Below, in pieces: positions 36,770-50,619 of a DNA stretch of 56,557 nt (positions are counted from its first letter, which is position 1; each line of letters opens with the position of its first letter). A model generated the notes under the pieces. That model saw only the letters and a list, made by a program, of their open reading frames with translations. It was not told the DNA's origin and made no database searches. Both the position numbers and the translations under genes were made by a program. The stretch comes from Octopus bimaculoides (Eukaryota): the NCBI RefSeq assembly GCF_001194135.2, contig NC_068984.1, positions 140,667,352 to 140,723,908 on the forward strand. The letters run 5' to 3'.

Positions 36770-38120
36770 GCACATAGAGGTCGATGACTGTGGTTAGGTG
36801 ATCACTGCATCAGATTTTTTAAAAGCCTTTTGTCTAATCAAAAAACAGATTGATTTCCCTGTAATATCGATACTTGTATGTCCCTGCCAAGTAAACTTAT
36901 TTGTTGCTGTCTCTTTCTATGCATCTGCACTGATGTCAGTAATCTTTAAACTACATATGTGAATGTTCCTGTTGACTGAGATCCTGCAGAAAACTTGCCA
37001 AACAATCTATTTTGGGAAATGAAACCAATATGCAGGCAGCAGTTGTAGAGTTGTTACTGCTGCAAGAATAAGGGATACATACTTGATATTTTGGCCTGGA
37101 GATGCTCAGGATCCAATGCAGGTACTACAGAGGGTAGCAGTTAAGATGGAACCATTGGCAATATCTATATTTATGTATATTGTTCAACTCTCACTGCTAG
37201 AGAGAGGCACTCAGTACACAGACTGTATACTGCAATTTTATTGGCTGCTCATTGTTGAGTTTATTGTTTTCACACACTCTAGGAAAACTTGGTCAAAGCA
37301 GCAACAGGTTTCCTCATCTGTCCAGTGTGTTCTGGGTCAAGGGGAAAAGTTTTGGAAATTTTAAGTGGGTGAATTCATCCACCATTTGCAGGATGTAATC
37401 AACAATGCTGATGCTGAAAACTTCATTAACATCCTGGTCCATGATCTTTGTCTTCTTCAGACTATGTATGAGATATCAAAATGACATCCTCAGCAAAGAG
37501 TCTCTCCCTGATCAGAATCCAACACACTTTGGCCTTTGCCCTGAGGATTGCTAAGTCAAAGAATTATCTGTTGAACTTTGTGTGTACATATATTCCATTG
37601 TTGGGTGTCCTGAATGCATTTGCAGGTACAAAATATATCCCAAAATGTCTCAAAGCAATATACAGCTCCATTTTGGAAGATCAGTGGTTTTAAAAATGAT
37701 CGATCAAAATGATAGTCTCTGCAGGTCACTGTGGACATCTAATTTTGCAACATCTAATTTTTTCCAAGAGTGTGAAAGGACCTTTTTTTCCAAGAGTGTG
37801 AAAGGACCTTTTTTTCCAAGAGTGTGAAAGGACCTTTTTTTCCAAGAGTGTGAAAGGACCTTTTTTTCCCCCACTGATTCAAAGGCCTTAGTCATATGAA
37901 TGAAGACTTAAAAGTGATTTCTCAGTTCCTGACTCTGTAGCCTCCTGAGCAATACCATATTGGTCACGAGTTTCCCAATTGTGAAAATGCACTGAGACTT
38001 GTACCTGATATTTTCTGTAAGTGTTGTTGAAGACCTTGTCAATGAAGTTGGCCAAGATGTGCCTCGGTCATTATTGCTGTCTCATTTTCCTCTTACAGTG
38101 TCTCACTTTTTCTGTTACAC
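36770..38120 (-). mobile_element. Decayed RTE/BovB-like reverse transcriptase remnant
   Basis: Minus-strand fragments LRRLQ...FIHMTKAFESV, AEDVILISH, KKTKIMDQ and LQMVDEFTHL are degenerate RT motifs; many stops and frameshifts. Confidence 0.65.
37757..37867. repeat. 26-bp tandem repeat x4 (TTTTTTTCCAAGAGTGTGAAAGGACC)
   Basis: CCAAG recurs at 37764, 37790, 37816 and 37842. Confidence 0.95.
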
Positions 38121-38338
38121 CTCAGAGTTTGTGAGGAAGACTTTGGCTATTGGTGTGGGTATGACCATAAAGTTAAGAAGTCCAGAAACACGTGGCTTTA
38201 GGTTCAATTCCATTGTATGATACCTTGAACAAGCATCTTCTTCCATAATTGAGGGTCAACCAGAGCCCCGTGAATTAAATGCACATGACAGAAACTACTT
38301 GGAAGATCCTTCAAGATATGTGTGTATACACACATTAC

Positions 38339-38379
<41 letters not shown>

Positions 38380-38814
38380 GTGGGCAGATGGAATAATTGG
38401 AAAAAAGTTAGACAAAACACCTTGTAATATTTGGTTATGTCTCAAATTCAAATCCATTATTGTCTTTTGTCCTTTCACAATTGATAGATAAAGTACCTAT
38501 TGAAGTACAGGGTAGAATTTAAATATAATTGCTCCAAAAGCTGGAAGATGATGCCCCAGTATGGATAGAATCCAAAGATTGAAACCAATATTTAAAAATA
38601 AGCAAAAGAAAGAGATATAAAAAGCTATTGCTGTGCAAACAAGTGTGAAATATAGGAAACCAGAAACACTTGGAATGGCATTCCATTGTTGTAGCAGTGA
38701 CACAGATTTAGAGGAAATGATGTGTATTGCAAGCTGAGATATTCGGAGTCTAAGAAGAGATAAGCAAGCAAACAAGCAAGCAGACAACAATGTGAACGTC
38801 ACTACACAGCCTAC

Positions 38815-38994
38815 CTGTCTTGATGGCAATAACTGGAGTTTTGCACTCGCTTTCATAATAAAAGTTGGGGTCCAGTGAGGAAGTGGATGATCTGAAGGAA
38901 GTGCTCAGTGCAGAGTATAAGGAACAATCCAGCCTGGGTATAGGAAAGACTTTTCGGCGCATATTCTGAATGCTGGGAGAAACTTGAGGTCCTC
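38815..38994 (-). CDS. COBL: Probable COBL-like cassette exon (GGPQVSPSIQNMRRKVFPIPRLD...TPVIAIKT)
   Basis: Acceptor tttactcag, donor gtaggc; 180 nt, phase 1-1, open in the required frame. No recognisable motif and dispensable for frame, so less certain. Confidence 0.6.
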
Positions 38995-39027
38995 CTGAGT
39001 AAATCCAAAACATACATTTTATATATA

Positions 39028-39387
39028 TCATCATCATCATCATCGTCGTTTAACATCCGCTTTCCATGCTGGCATGGGTTGGATGATTTGAGTGAGGACT
39101 GGCAAGCTGGGAGGCTGCACCAGACTCCAATCTGATCTGGCAAGGTTTCTACAGCTGGATGCCCTTCCTAACGCCAACCACTCCAAGAGTGTAGTGGGTG
39201 CTTTTTACATGCCACCAATATGGGAGCCAGTCAAGCAGCACTTGCATCGACCACGCTTGAATGGTGGTCTTTACATGCCACCAGCATGGGTGCCAGTGAG
39301 ACGCCACTGACATCGGCCATGCTCAAACAATGCTATTTATGTGTCACCGGCACAGGAGCCAGTCAGGCGGCACTGGCATTGGCTGAC
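39028..39387 (-). mobile_element. RTE LINE 3' fragment
   Basis: GGATGCCCTTCCTAACGCCAACCACTC core and (CAT)n on the + strand. Confidence 0.75.
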
Positions 39388-39681
39388 TGTGTTATTATTA
39401 TTATTACTATTATTATTATTATTATTTAAAACGGTATGATTTGGTTCCATGTGAACAGAAACCTAAGTCGTTCAGGCTCAGATTATTGAATTTGGTAATC
39501 TGAGCCTGAACGAACCAAGTTTTTGTTAGAAGTCTGCAAAACTTTATGTCAGGTGGAACCGAATCGAGCTGTTTAAATAATATTACAAGCAGCTCCTAAA
39601 TATGTTGAGTGCCTTTTCTTTCATTTGTCCACTCATTTGTGTGTATGTGTATGTGTATATACATATACATATATATTTATA

Positions 39682-39748
<67 letters not shown>

Positions 39749-41229
39749 CAGTGGCATGCAGTCTCAGCCATGCAAGCTATGCGCTGCATGTCCTGTTCGA
39801 AATATTCTGTCTCCCCTTCCCCTCTCTCAGTGACTAGTAAAAGCTTTGAGAATCCAGCTTATAGACACCTAACTCCCTATCTATGTTAGTTTGTCCTTCC
39901 TTCCTTCCCCCCCTCTCTCTCTCTTAGTGAGATATGCTAAGACCGATAGCATATATATATTTTGTACCCCTTCCTCTCTCTGTCAGTGATTCCACAAATT
40001 TATCATAGGAAGTAATGATTTCTGATAATAGCATGGCCCCACCTCTCTATCTTTTTGTTAGCTGGTTTTGACCGGAACTAGAGCAGTTCTCAAGAACTGC
40101 TATAATTAGCCATAATTCTTGGAACAGCCTGGCGGTAAGTTTGAACCTTTTATCCAAAACATCTGTTTGCACTATTATATTTTTGGAGTGTTCTGAAAAC
40201 AAAAATATCTAATTTGACTAACGTCATTTTTTTTTTTTTTTTTTTTTTTTGAAATTTACTTACAATATACGCAGATGCTTACATGTGTGTTACTTTTTTC
40301 CAAATGAGTGAAATGTGTTATAAACGACATTTTGAGAAATAGTTTTTTGAAAAGAGACTTTGATGGAAAACAATTAATTATAAATGGTGGGTGACCAAAG
40401 AATTCGTATATTTAATCAGTATATATGACAAAAAATGGAAAGTCATCTAGATACAGCTTCTATCTTCACTGGTCTGTCAAACCAGTGATTTCTTATTTTT
40501 GTTAGAAGTATTCAGTGATNNNNNNNNNNNNNNNNNNNNNNNNNNNNNNNNNNNNNNNNNNNNNNNNNNNNNNNNNNNNNNNNNNNNNNNNNNNNNNNNN
40601 NNNNNNNNNNNNNNNNNNNNNNNNNNNNNNNNNNNNNNNNNNNNNNNNNNNNNNNNNNNNNNNNNNNNNNNNNNNNNNNNNNNNNNNNNNNNNNNNNNNN
40701 NNNNNNNNNNNNNNNNNNNNNNNNNNNNNNNNNNNNNNNNNNNNNNNNNNNNNNNNNNNNNNNNNNNNNNNNNNNNNNNNNNNNNNNNNNNNNNNNNNNN
40801 NNNNNNNNNNNNNNNNNNNNNNNNNNNNNNNNNNNNNNNNNNNNNNNNNNNNNNNNNNNNNNNNNNNNNNNNNNNNNNNNNNNNNNNNNNNNNNNNNNNN
40901 NNNNNNNNNNNNNNNNNNNNNNNNNNNNNNNNNNNNNNNNNNNNNNNNNNNNNNNNNNNNNNNNNNNNNNNNNNNNNNNNNNNNNNNNNNNNNNNNNNNN
41001 NNNNNNNNNNNNNNNNNNNNNNNNNNNNNNNNNNNNNNNNNNNNNNNNNNNNNNNNNNNNNNNNNNNNNNNNNNNNNNNNNNNNNNNNNNNNNNNNNNNN
41101 NNNNNNNNNNNNNNNNNNNNNNNNNNNNNNNNNNNNNNNNNNNNNNNNNNNNNNNNNNNNNNNNNNNNNNNNNNNNNNNNNNNNNNNNNNNNNNNNNNNN
41201 NNNNNNNNNNNNNNNNNNNNNNNNNNNNN

Positions 41230-41771
41230 TAAGATCGTTACGCCCTGGAAGACAAGTCAGGTGTTTTATCATGCTACTTGTCAATTCTGGGAAAATTATC
41301 GATACTCAAGCAGACTGTTCTGAGACTTACTGAACTCCGTATATTAAAAGACTACGTCTCACGCACACACATTGAAAATACACTCATATACATGAATACA
41401 CACACAATGAAAGACAGTGAAAATTCAACATTATAAAAATCCCCCCAAAACTGTTGTGGCAGAAGTCAACATCTCTGAGATTGAAACAAGACATTTACGG
41501 CCGTAAATGTCTTGTTTCAATCTCAGAGATGTTGACTTCTGCCACAACAGTTTTGGGGGGATTTTTATAATGTTGAATTTTCACTGTCTTTCATTGTGTG
41601 TGTATTCATGTATATGAGTGTATTTTCAATGTGTGTGCGTGAGACGTAGTCTTTTAATATACGGAGTTCAGTAAGTCTCAGAACAGTCTGCTTGAGTATC
41701 GATAATTTTCTCAGAATTGACAAATAGCATGATAAAACACCTGACTTGTCTTCCAGGGCGTAACGATCTTA
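41230..41771. repeat. 542-bp palindrome, zero spacer, 2 mismatches
   Basis: Centre CATTTACGG|CCGTAAATG at 41500/41501; the left arm abuts the N gap. Confidence 0.95.
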
Positions 41772-42285
41772 AAGCATGGCCATATAATGTAACTAAATGT
41801 GTTCTCTTAATTAAATCATTTCAATTTGATTCAGCTCAACCAATAGGTATAGGNNNNNNNNNNNNNNNNNNNNNNNNNNNNNNNNNNNNNNNNNNNNNNN
41901 NNNNNNNNNNNNNNNNNNNNNNNNNNNNNNNNNNNNNNNTACCTTTAAAAGAGATTCCGAATATGCAAAAATATTAACAGAATCCAATTTCATCTTTATT
42001 ACATTTCACTTATGATTTTTAGACTTTTTAAAGGGAGAGTGAGGATGGGAAAGTACTGACGTTTCGAAGAGAGAGAAAAATACAAACAATACACTTATTT
42101 CAGGCTCATCTTTACAGAGCCATTTTTTATTCCCTGTTTATTCTAGGTCATACGGGGGTGATTGTATATTCAGAATCTCTCATATGTAAATTGTAGGAAT
42201 ACGAAAATTTATTTACTGAAAAATTGCCGGGGGGGGGGGAGAAATTCATTGCATGCCCAACCCCGGAAGTCACCGCACGCCACTG

Positions 42286-42318
<33 letters not shown>

Positions 42319-42576
42319 CACACACATGTATTGATTTCTGGTAGGGACATTGAATTTTGTTTTGCAACCATATCAAGCTACCAAGTGTATTAAAGGTTTA
42401 GAAGTCAAAACTGTGTTGAACTTTCTGTGTTAGCAGTGTGATGCAATCACTTATAAATTTATATCTCTACAGATTTTGTATAGAAATTAGAGCCACCCTG
42501 GAATATTATGACATTTTGTATACCAATATGTCAATGTAACTAATGCAATCAAAGATAGAAAAGTAGGAAATGGGTG

Positions 42577-42858
42577 TCATCATCATCATCATCATCGTCG
42601 TTTAACGTCCGCTTTCCATGCTAGCATGGGTTGGACGATTTGACTGAGGACTGGTGAAACCAGATGGCTACACCAGGCTCCAATCTGATTTGGCAGAGTT
42701 TCTACGGCTGGATGCCCTTCCTAACGCCAACCACTCAGAGAGTGTAGTGGGTGCTTTTATGTGTCACCTGCACGAAGGCCAGTCAGGTTGTACTGGCAAC
42801 AGCCACGCTCAAGATGGTGCATTTTATGTGCCACCTGCACAGGAGCCAGTCCAGGGGC
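42577..42858 (-). mobile_element. RTE LINE 3' fragment
   Basis: Same family core and tail. Confidence 0.75.
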
Positions 42859-43238
42859 AAACACCGCTAAATACTGTTTGTGGATAATTAATGGATTAGA
42901 TGTGGTCTGAAGAAAGGGCAAGAACTCCCGAGATTTGTATATACATCCATTACCTATTTTTCTATCTTTGATTTCCTTGTTTCCATAGATGTATTCGTAT
43001 CCAAAATGTAACTTTCAGCGCTGGTTTCAAATTCTATAGAAAATCTGTCACCACCTATCTCTCCCTGGCTCTTCGCTACCATCTCATTTATATTCTGATC
43101 CACATTCCTTGTGAGTATGCCCTGACAATTTGCCACCATCTCTCCTGCTCTCTAACTCTCTTCCACCCTCTCTCCCTCTGACTAGTTAACCATGTATCTT
43201 CTCTGGAGCAACATACCTGTTCCTGGCCTCAAGCTTGA

Positions 43239-43285
<47 letters not shown>

Positions 43286-44058
43286 GAGCCTTCATGTATC
43301 TCCTCTACAGCAAGGCACCTGTTTCTGTCTCTCTGTCACATTCTAACCTTCCATCATCTGGCACAAGATCATCTCCTCCAATGTCCCATCCCCTCTCAAA
43401 GGATCAAGCCTGCTACATGGGATGTTGGTACTTGTGCCCATCTTGGATGAGAATACATGATGGAGATGAGTACTAACATATCATGTGGCATGCTTGATAA
43501 CTACTGAGAATTCTTTGCATGAAACCAATGGTAGACTTCTCAACAAACAAATAACGTGTGTGTGTGTGTGTGTGTATGAGTGTGTGTATATATATATATA
43601 TATATGCATGTATGTGTGTGTGTGTGTGTCTGTCTTCATATGATAATTGTAAAAGAGTGTCATTGTCATACAAGCAGTGTAATTCCTTTCCAATATTCCA
43701 TGAAACATGTCTGGCCACAGGAAGATATTACCTTGCTTGGAAATAGATAATTGTTGGCAACAGGAAGAGCAACCAGCTGAAGAAAAATCTGCATCGAATA
43801 AACTCTGTCCACCCCATGTAAGCATGGAAAAGTGGACATCAAATGATGATGAAACCCTGCAAGTGAGAGGTGTGAACTGAGCAAGTCACATGACTAAACC
43901 TGTAATTAAAAGCAAGTCTTAAACTTAACTCACCAACAAACTGCTACGACAAATGCATACCCAAATACCTTTGAACCCAACCCCAAACCCTCATACATAC
44001 AAAGATAGAATCAGATTGAAAATAAAATTTGAACTACTGTGGTGAAGATACAACTTAC

Positions 44059-44728
44059 CTGGTGGTGGTGGAGGAGCTGGTTTACGCTTTTTATAAGGAC
44101 TAGCGTACATATCATTTGCAGTTTTTTGTATATGTATACCAGATAAGGTTTTGCTTAACTGGACACTTCTCTTGGATTGTGGTACCTCATGAATTTCTGC
44201 AACATTCAATGATCTTTGTGTAATGTGTTTATCATTGTTGCTCTCCATGTATGTGATAGAATCAGTTCCAATCTTGTTGATTTCAGACTGCGTGTGAAGA
44301 TGGGGTGGTTGAGAGTGAAGTTGTGGTTGTTGTTGTTTTACATTGGGTGGGCTCTGAGGAGAAGGATAAAACTGGTGTGCATCAGGGGAAGGAGGAGTGA
44401 TATAGCTGCCAGTTGCAGAAGCTGGTTCAATACGACCACTCGATTGCGAACTGGATCTTGAGTCATAAGCTGGCTGGTTACTGTAACCCAAAGTGTGGCC
44501 TGTGTTTTGGAAAGTCTCACCTTGGGAAGAGCTGGAGCCAGGCCGTGGTAACGTGTTTGATGCATAGCTCTGAACTGAATTAGCAACACCAACAGGCACT
44601 GTGGATGTTGGTGGCGGTGGTGCAGGCTTGCTCTTGGTAGATTTCTTTGGCTTCTTCATGTAATTTTCAAGGCTCTCTGTGACAGGCGAAAACATTGAGG
44701 AAGGCCGCTGTTTACCTGAGTTTCCCGA
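44059..44728 (-). CDS. COBL: COBL-like exon with two Lys-rich PAPPPP motifs
   Basis: Within ORF 43991-44755. Acceptor tttcccag, donor gtaagt; 670 nt, phase 0 to 1. Encodes KSKPAPPPP and KKRKPAPPPPP. Confidence 0.85.
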
Positions 44729-45124
44729 CTGGGAAAAATAAAAATGATAAACCAAACGTAAGATTATTTGAAGAATTCAAAAATGGCTCATTTGTGTCAT
44801 ATTGCAAGTATTGAAACACAGTGGTTGTATTTGCAGTGATTCCAGTACTTCAAGACAGAGCAGCCAAATTTTCTATAAATCATACTTTGAGTTTTAAAAT
44901 AAATTGTAGGACATGTTGGATAATCTAGTCATACATACTTTGAATAAAATGAAGTGGTCACGGTTGGAATGTTTTTGATTCTAAGTGACCTAAATCAGAA
45001 CCAATCTGTAGTTAAATAACAGCAACAAAGCTGTTGATTAGTGATTGAATCTAAATCGCTAAACATCAGCCAACGAAAGAGCTTTTATCATGATTACTTA
45101 AAGAAAAACAAAAACAAAATTGTG

Positions 45125-45435
45125 GCAGTCTCTCAGTTACGATGATGAGGGTTTCAGTTGATTCAATGAACAGAGCATGAAATTAACATAGAAGTGGCTG
45201 AGCACTCCATAGTCATGTGTACCCTTCATGTAGTTCTTGAGGAGATTCACTGTGATACAAAATGTGACAAGGCTGGCCCTTTGAAATACAGGTATGACTC
45301 ATTTCTTTTGCCAGGTAGGTGAACTGGAACAATGTGAAATTAAGTGTCTTGCTTAAGGGCACAATGCACAGCTGGGAATCGAACTCATGACCTTGCAATC
45401 AAGAGTTGCATTCCCTAATCACTAAGCAACACACC
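45125..45435 (-). mobile_element. SINE family C, degenerate
   Basis: Matches the 3' half of the 8560 copy (GTGGCTGAGCACTCCA...GTGTACCCTT). Confidence 0.65.
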
Positions 45436-48400
45436 TTCACTAATAAATACTTAACCTGTTAGGAAATAGCAACCAAGTTTCCAGCATCTGAAAGAGAAGA
45501 CATACATCTTTTCTACTCTAGGTACAAGGCCCGAAATCTTGGGGGAGGAGGCCAGCCAATTAGATCAACCCCGGTACACAACTGGTATTTAATTTATCGA
45601 ACTCAATACTTTGACTTTGAAAAAAAAAAAGCCATGAATATTGACAATGGTCATAAGATGGATTATTGGCTGAATTGATTTATAAAGATCCATTCTAAAC
45701 AGAATGAATATGAAGGTGTAAAGTTGAAGAACCATATTTGTTTAAAAACGTTATATAAAGGGTCAAATCATATTAAGAAACAATAATACCAGGGTCTATG
45801 TCAAATGTTTAGAAAACAATAAGGTGTATATGAGATTATAATATTTAAATAAATTGATTAGACACTGTTAGATATAAATTTCAATTTTGTAACTTTGATA
45901 ATCTGCATTATAGAAGATATGCTTGAAGAAAGAAGCTGGAATATCACTAAAAAGAAATTGGAGAACTCTTACCAAAAATCTAAGTAAAATATTTTATTCT
46001 AATTGAAATAGTTTGTTGATCATTGATGGGATTGAACCTACATTCTATGAATGAGAGTAAGTTTACTATTTTTTGAATAACTGGTAACATGACCCCATGT
46101 TTACTTTAAGTAGAGTTTTAACACTTTATCAGTAGAAATATCTATTTGAAAAATCTACACAAAGTGGCAACTATATAACTAAGATCTACTCAAAGTGTTA
46201 TGGAGTGAAAAGTGGTAAATGAGAAGTGAAAATTTGCATAAACCAAGAAATGTCTTGAAATGCAGACTAAGTGATAAATGTGTGATAAAAATGTACACGA
46301 CGCAGTGAACTATGTGTGCTAAATGTTAATACAAAATCGTGAATGTGATAAGTGTATGTGTCACAAATCTTTGTAAGGTGGTAAAAAGATTGATGTGGAA
46401 AAAATAACGGCAGAGTTACACAGAAGTAAATGACAAAGCCAAAAAGTGGTAAACTATTTCATAGCATACAAAAAAGGAAGTCATCCAGTTTTCGATAGTA
46501 TCAGCCAGTTCGCTGAAAGAAGTTGGTGATAATGAGCGCTAAAAGAAAGAGAAAAATCAAGAGGTCTCTGTTAAGATTTTCAGAATAGAAACGTATTATT
46601 AGTTATGAATCAATATCTAAGTTGTCAGCTTACTTCTATCTTCATATTTTGACAAGAGGCAGGAACATTTTTGTTTTTCTATAAATTAGCGAGAATAGAG
46701 TTGGCAATAGTTGTGATCACGATAAGGTTCATTTCTCCTTTCCAGACAAGAGGGATTGATACGGTTTATGAGACACTGAGGGAATTTGCAGGTGAGAAGA
46801 ACTGGGAGAAGTATTTTATGTGGGAGATGGGATATAATAGAGATGGTGAGAGGATAAATGGATGGGTATACCAGAGTGGACATCCAGCAAATTCAGAAGA
46901 CCAGAGATCACTGTAACAATACTAGATGAGGCCGTTGTAGTTCAGATGAGGCTGTTGTATTTGTTGTAGTTCAGAAATTACTGTAGGGCCAACAGGAGAG
47001 GCTGACAGAAGAAACAATGGGCCAAAGGGTGAAATGTTAATATGCCATGGACGATCTTCTTTCAGATGTAATGTAAGATCTGTGTGTGTGTGTGTGTGTG
47101 TAGGGACACTGTCCCCAATATGTGAACCGTGCATCTCACTGGAGCAGGTCTGAAGTAGTTTCCAAGCCTGAAGAGGAAACCAGTACCAAGCAGCAGCGTA
47201 TGTTGAAGCAGAGACAGAAGAGGAGGTAAAGATGGGACAAAGCACATCAATGGAATAAGTGGTTAAAGTCTGTCAGTAAATTCCTGCCAGTCAGTCAAAT
47301 GGGTTTCCTTTAGATATCATCAAAGATCCTTACATTCAGTAGTTTACAAATTCTGAAGAATTTAGAATATATTTTTCTTTACAGTTTCTTCTTTTAACCT
47401 TTTAACACCAAAATTAGCAATATTCATTAAAAAGATATATTTGTTAGTCTTTTTGTTTTTCGGTTTATGAAAGAGGTATGTCAAGTGTGGAAAAATTAAA
47501 TTTTGTCAGATATTTTTTTATTGATGCTAATCACTGGGACTGTGGACATACTAGGACACTGCCTTCAAGAACTTTGAGTTGATTTTACACTGATAAAATG
47601 TACGCACACATAACTGTAAGATCAACAAACTAAAATGAAGAACTCAATATTAGTTTTAACATTTTTTCATGCTGTAATAAATTTATAAATTTGTAATAAT
47701 CAATAGATCTATTGGGTTATCCCATAAACGATGGGTTTTTTTTAATTGCGTGAACTAAAAGTTGGAAGTGGACAGGATAAACTGCTTGCATCAACTTGCT
47801 ATAAAAGAGCTGACCCCCTTTGGAAGAATTTGAACTCAAAATGTAGTGGATACAACCAAAGTCATTTTGTCTAGTAGTTCTACCATTTAAAAAATTTTAA
47901 TCTTTTCATGGCCCTTTGCAAAGCCTCTGAGACTTTATTGAGGGATTGAGGTAGGAAGGGAGATATTTTCAAAGCAGAGACTCGGCTTGAATACTTGGAT
48001 TCTTTTGCCAAAAACAGCAAAGGTGTCAGGGGTGATGGATTAAATCTACTATTCAAGTAGGCCATGCTGGGATTTGAACTCAGAATACAAAGAGACAGCA
48101 CAAATACCATAAGGAATCATCACTTGCAATGCTGTAATGTTTCCATTGGTGCACTGTCTTAAGCCGGTGAAGGTGCATAGTTTAGTTAGTGTGTTTGGCT
48201 TATGATCATGAAGTCGGGGGTTCTATTCCAAGTGGCACCTTGTATCCTTAAGCAAGGCACTTTATTTTACATTGCTCCAGTTTACTCAGCTGGCAAAAAA
48301 AGTGAGTAGTAGCAATTGCGAATCCCAACATTATTACAAAATGCAGCATAAAAGCTGGTCTTTACATGATTTGAACCCAGAACTTAGACACACAAAACTA

Positions 48401-49069
48401 AATACCTTTACATATTTAACATTTCATCATTTGCACCATTCCTCAACAACAGCAACCACTACGGCATTCCTTAATATCCTGTCGCAGGAGGGATAGTGTA
48501 AGTATGTAAGCAATGCAGACAAACAAACAGGAGAAATACTAGAAACAAGAGTGTCTAAAAAAAAAATCAATGGAGAGAGAGAGAGAGAGAGAGAGAAAAA
48601 GAGAGAGATAGAGAGAGAGAGAGAAAGAGAGAGAGAGTATAAAGAAACAATTGTTGAAATATGTTATGGCAGTTGTAAGACATAATTACAATGTTGAGAT
48701 AATAATATCACACACACACAATGTGTGTCATTGTATTTTAGAAAAATTCTACATTGTATTGTCCCCTCTGTGTTCGGCCCTGCGTGGCCTACTAAAGAAA
48801 TCTATCATGGACATGATAGTTATGGCTATGAAGTTAGGGTTGAGGTATGCTTTGTACTGTATAATACCCTGAGCAAGTAAGTGTCTGTGGAAGCTTCAGA
48901 GCAATCCAAACTTTGTCAATGAAATAGGGGAACCAGAAACTGTGTGAATGGATTATAATTGTTCTTGGGATGGCTGACTTTGATCTGTCACCTGTAATTC
49001 AAAATTCAATAGCTCAGCTCTCTCTCTCTCTCTGACACACACACACACACACGGTAATGCTGAGCCTGT

Positions 49070-49298
49070 CTAACCCTTTAGCATTTAAACCGGCCATATT
49101 CGGCCAAAAGTATTCTGCCTCTTTTATGTTCAAACTGGCCAGATCTGGTCTCTCACACCAACCCTACAATATTGTTTTAAAGATTAACAGCTACCTCATC
49201 GAAATCTCATAGCTACAAGATAATGCATGATTAGTTCAAAACGATGTGGATGAAAAAGCATTAATTTTGGCAGAATAATGTGAACACTAAAGGGCTAA
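49070..49298. mobile_element. piggyBac-type MITE, same family as 15712
   Basis: CTAACCCTTTAG...CTAAAGGGCTAA. Confidence 0.6.
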
Positions 49299-50001
49299 AC
49301 ATACTGATTTCTTTATTGCCCACAAGGGGTTAAACATAGAGGGGACAAACAAAGACAAACAGAGGTATTAAGTCGATTACATCGACCACAGTGTGTAACT
49401 GGTACTTATTTAATTGACCCCAAAAGGATGAAAGGCAAAGTCAACCTTGGTGGAATTTGAACTCAGAACATGATGGTAGATGAAATACCACTAAGCATTT
49501 CGTCCGGCGTACAAACGATTCTGCCAGCTCACTGCCTTCCTGCTTCAATATATTAAGGGTACAATATTTAGCCCCTTACATTAAGAATCAAGAGAGTTCA
49601 TCATGTGTGTGTGTGTGTGTGTGCAAGCGTGTATACACTGCAAAGTTATCAACAAGACTGAATCTGTGATTTAAAGGGCAAACTCTGTTGAATCTGTTCA
49701 ATATCTATTATTGTTTTGTTTGCTTATCTTTTTTTTTTTTTACATCTTAGGGGATGTACAGGATTAAGTTATTATTTTTTGGGTCAGTTTTGTTTTTGAT
49801 TTTTGGTTGGTGCTTTTTTGTTTTGACCTGGATTGGAATTTGTCCTGTTGAGTATCCATATGAAATGTCTGGGCAGATTTTTTGGGCTATATGTTTGTCA
49901 AATCTGCCCAGTGATTATATTAGAGATAAAACTATTTGTAATACGAGAAGGTTTTTCTATTTATTTAGAATGTCTGTCTGCCTGTCTGTATGTATGTATA
50001 A

Positions 50002-50063
<62 letters not shown>

Positions 50064-50619
50064 AAGTAAATAGATTTGTTTGTTTAATAGTGAGTATTTA
50101 ATTGCTCAATCAACTGAACTAGCCACAGTTTGCATTTAAGTTGTTTTATATTCTCCAGAGATGAGTATCTTTCATCCTTTCATTACTGTATTTTTAATGT
50201 AGTCCACTGCTTAATTATTTTCAAAGATAATTGAGATGTAAGAATGCGAAAAGATTCAATAGAACAATTAAGTTTCTCACTCATTGGTAAATGAAATTAG
50301 TGTTTTGAACACAAAGTGTTCAGAAAGAAAAAAAATTATGATGAAAGATTTAAAACTGAATATGAACGTCTTAAAAAATTGTATCTTATGACCAGAAGTG
50401 GTCTTGGCATTGAAAACGTTGCTATAAATGTTCACACCATTTAGGGTGCAGCCACCCATCCACCCAACTGCAAATAACTATTGATACACAAAAGAATTAA
50501 CAACATGGTATAACACAACCAACCTTGGATGATCTCAGGACACTGTGCCTTACAATGGACTGAGATATCTGGCATTTTGCTGTTCTCAAGAAGATCTGGC
50601 CATCACAGTAAAATTATTA

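Noticed and set aside
37757-37867. Possible CRISPR-like array
   Set aside because: Contiguous tandem units without spacers, in a eukaryotic intron.
42954-43139. ORF ending beside a donor-like GTAATG; possible extra exon
   Set aside because: No acceptor gives an open phase 1-1 frame.
47100-47230. Short plus-strand Lys/Arg-rich reading frame
   Set aside because: No convincing splice sites or recognisable homology.
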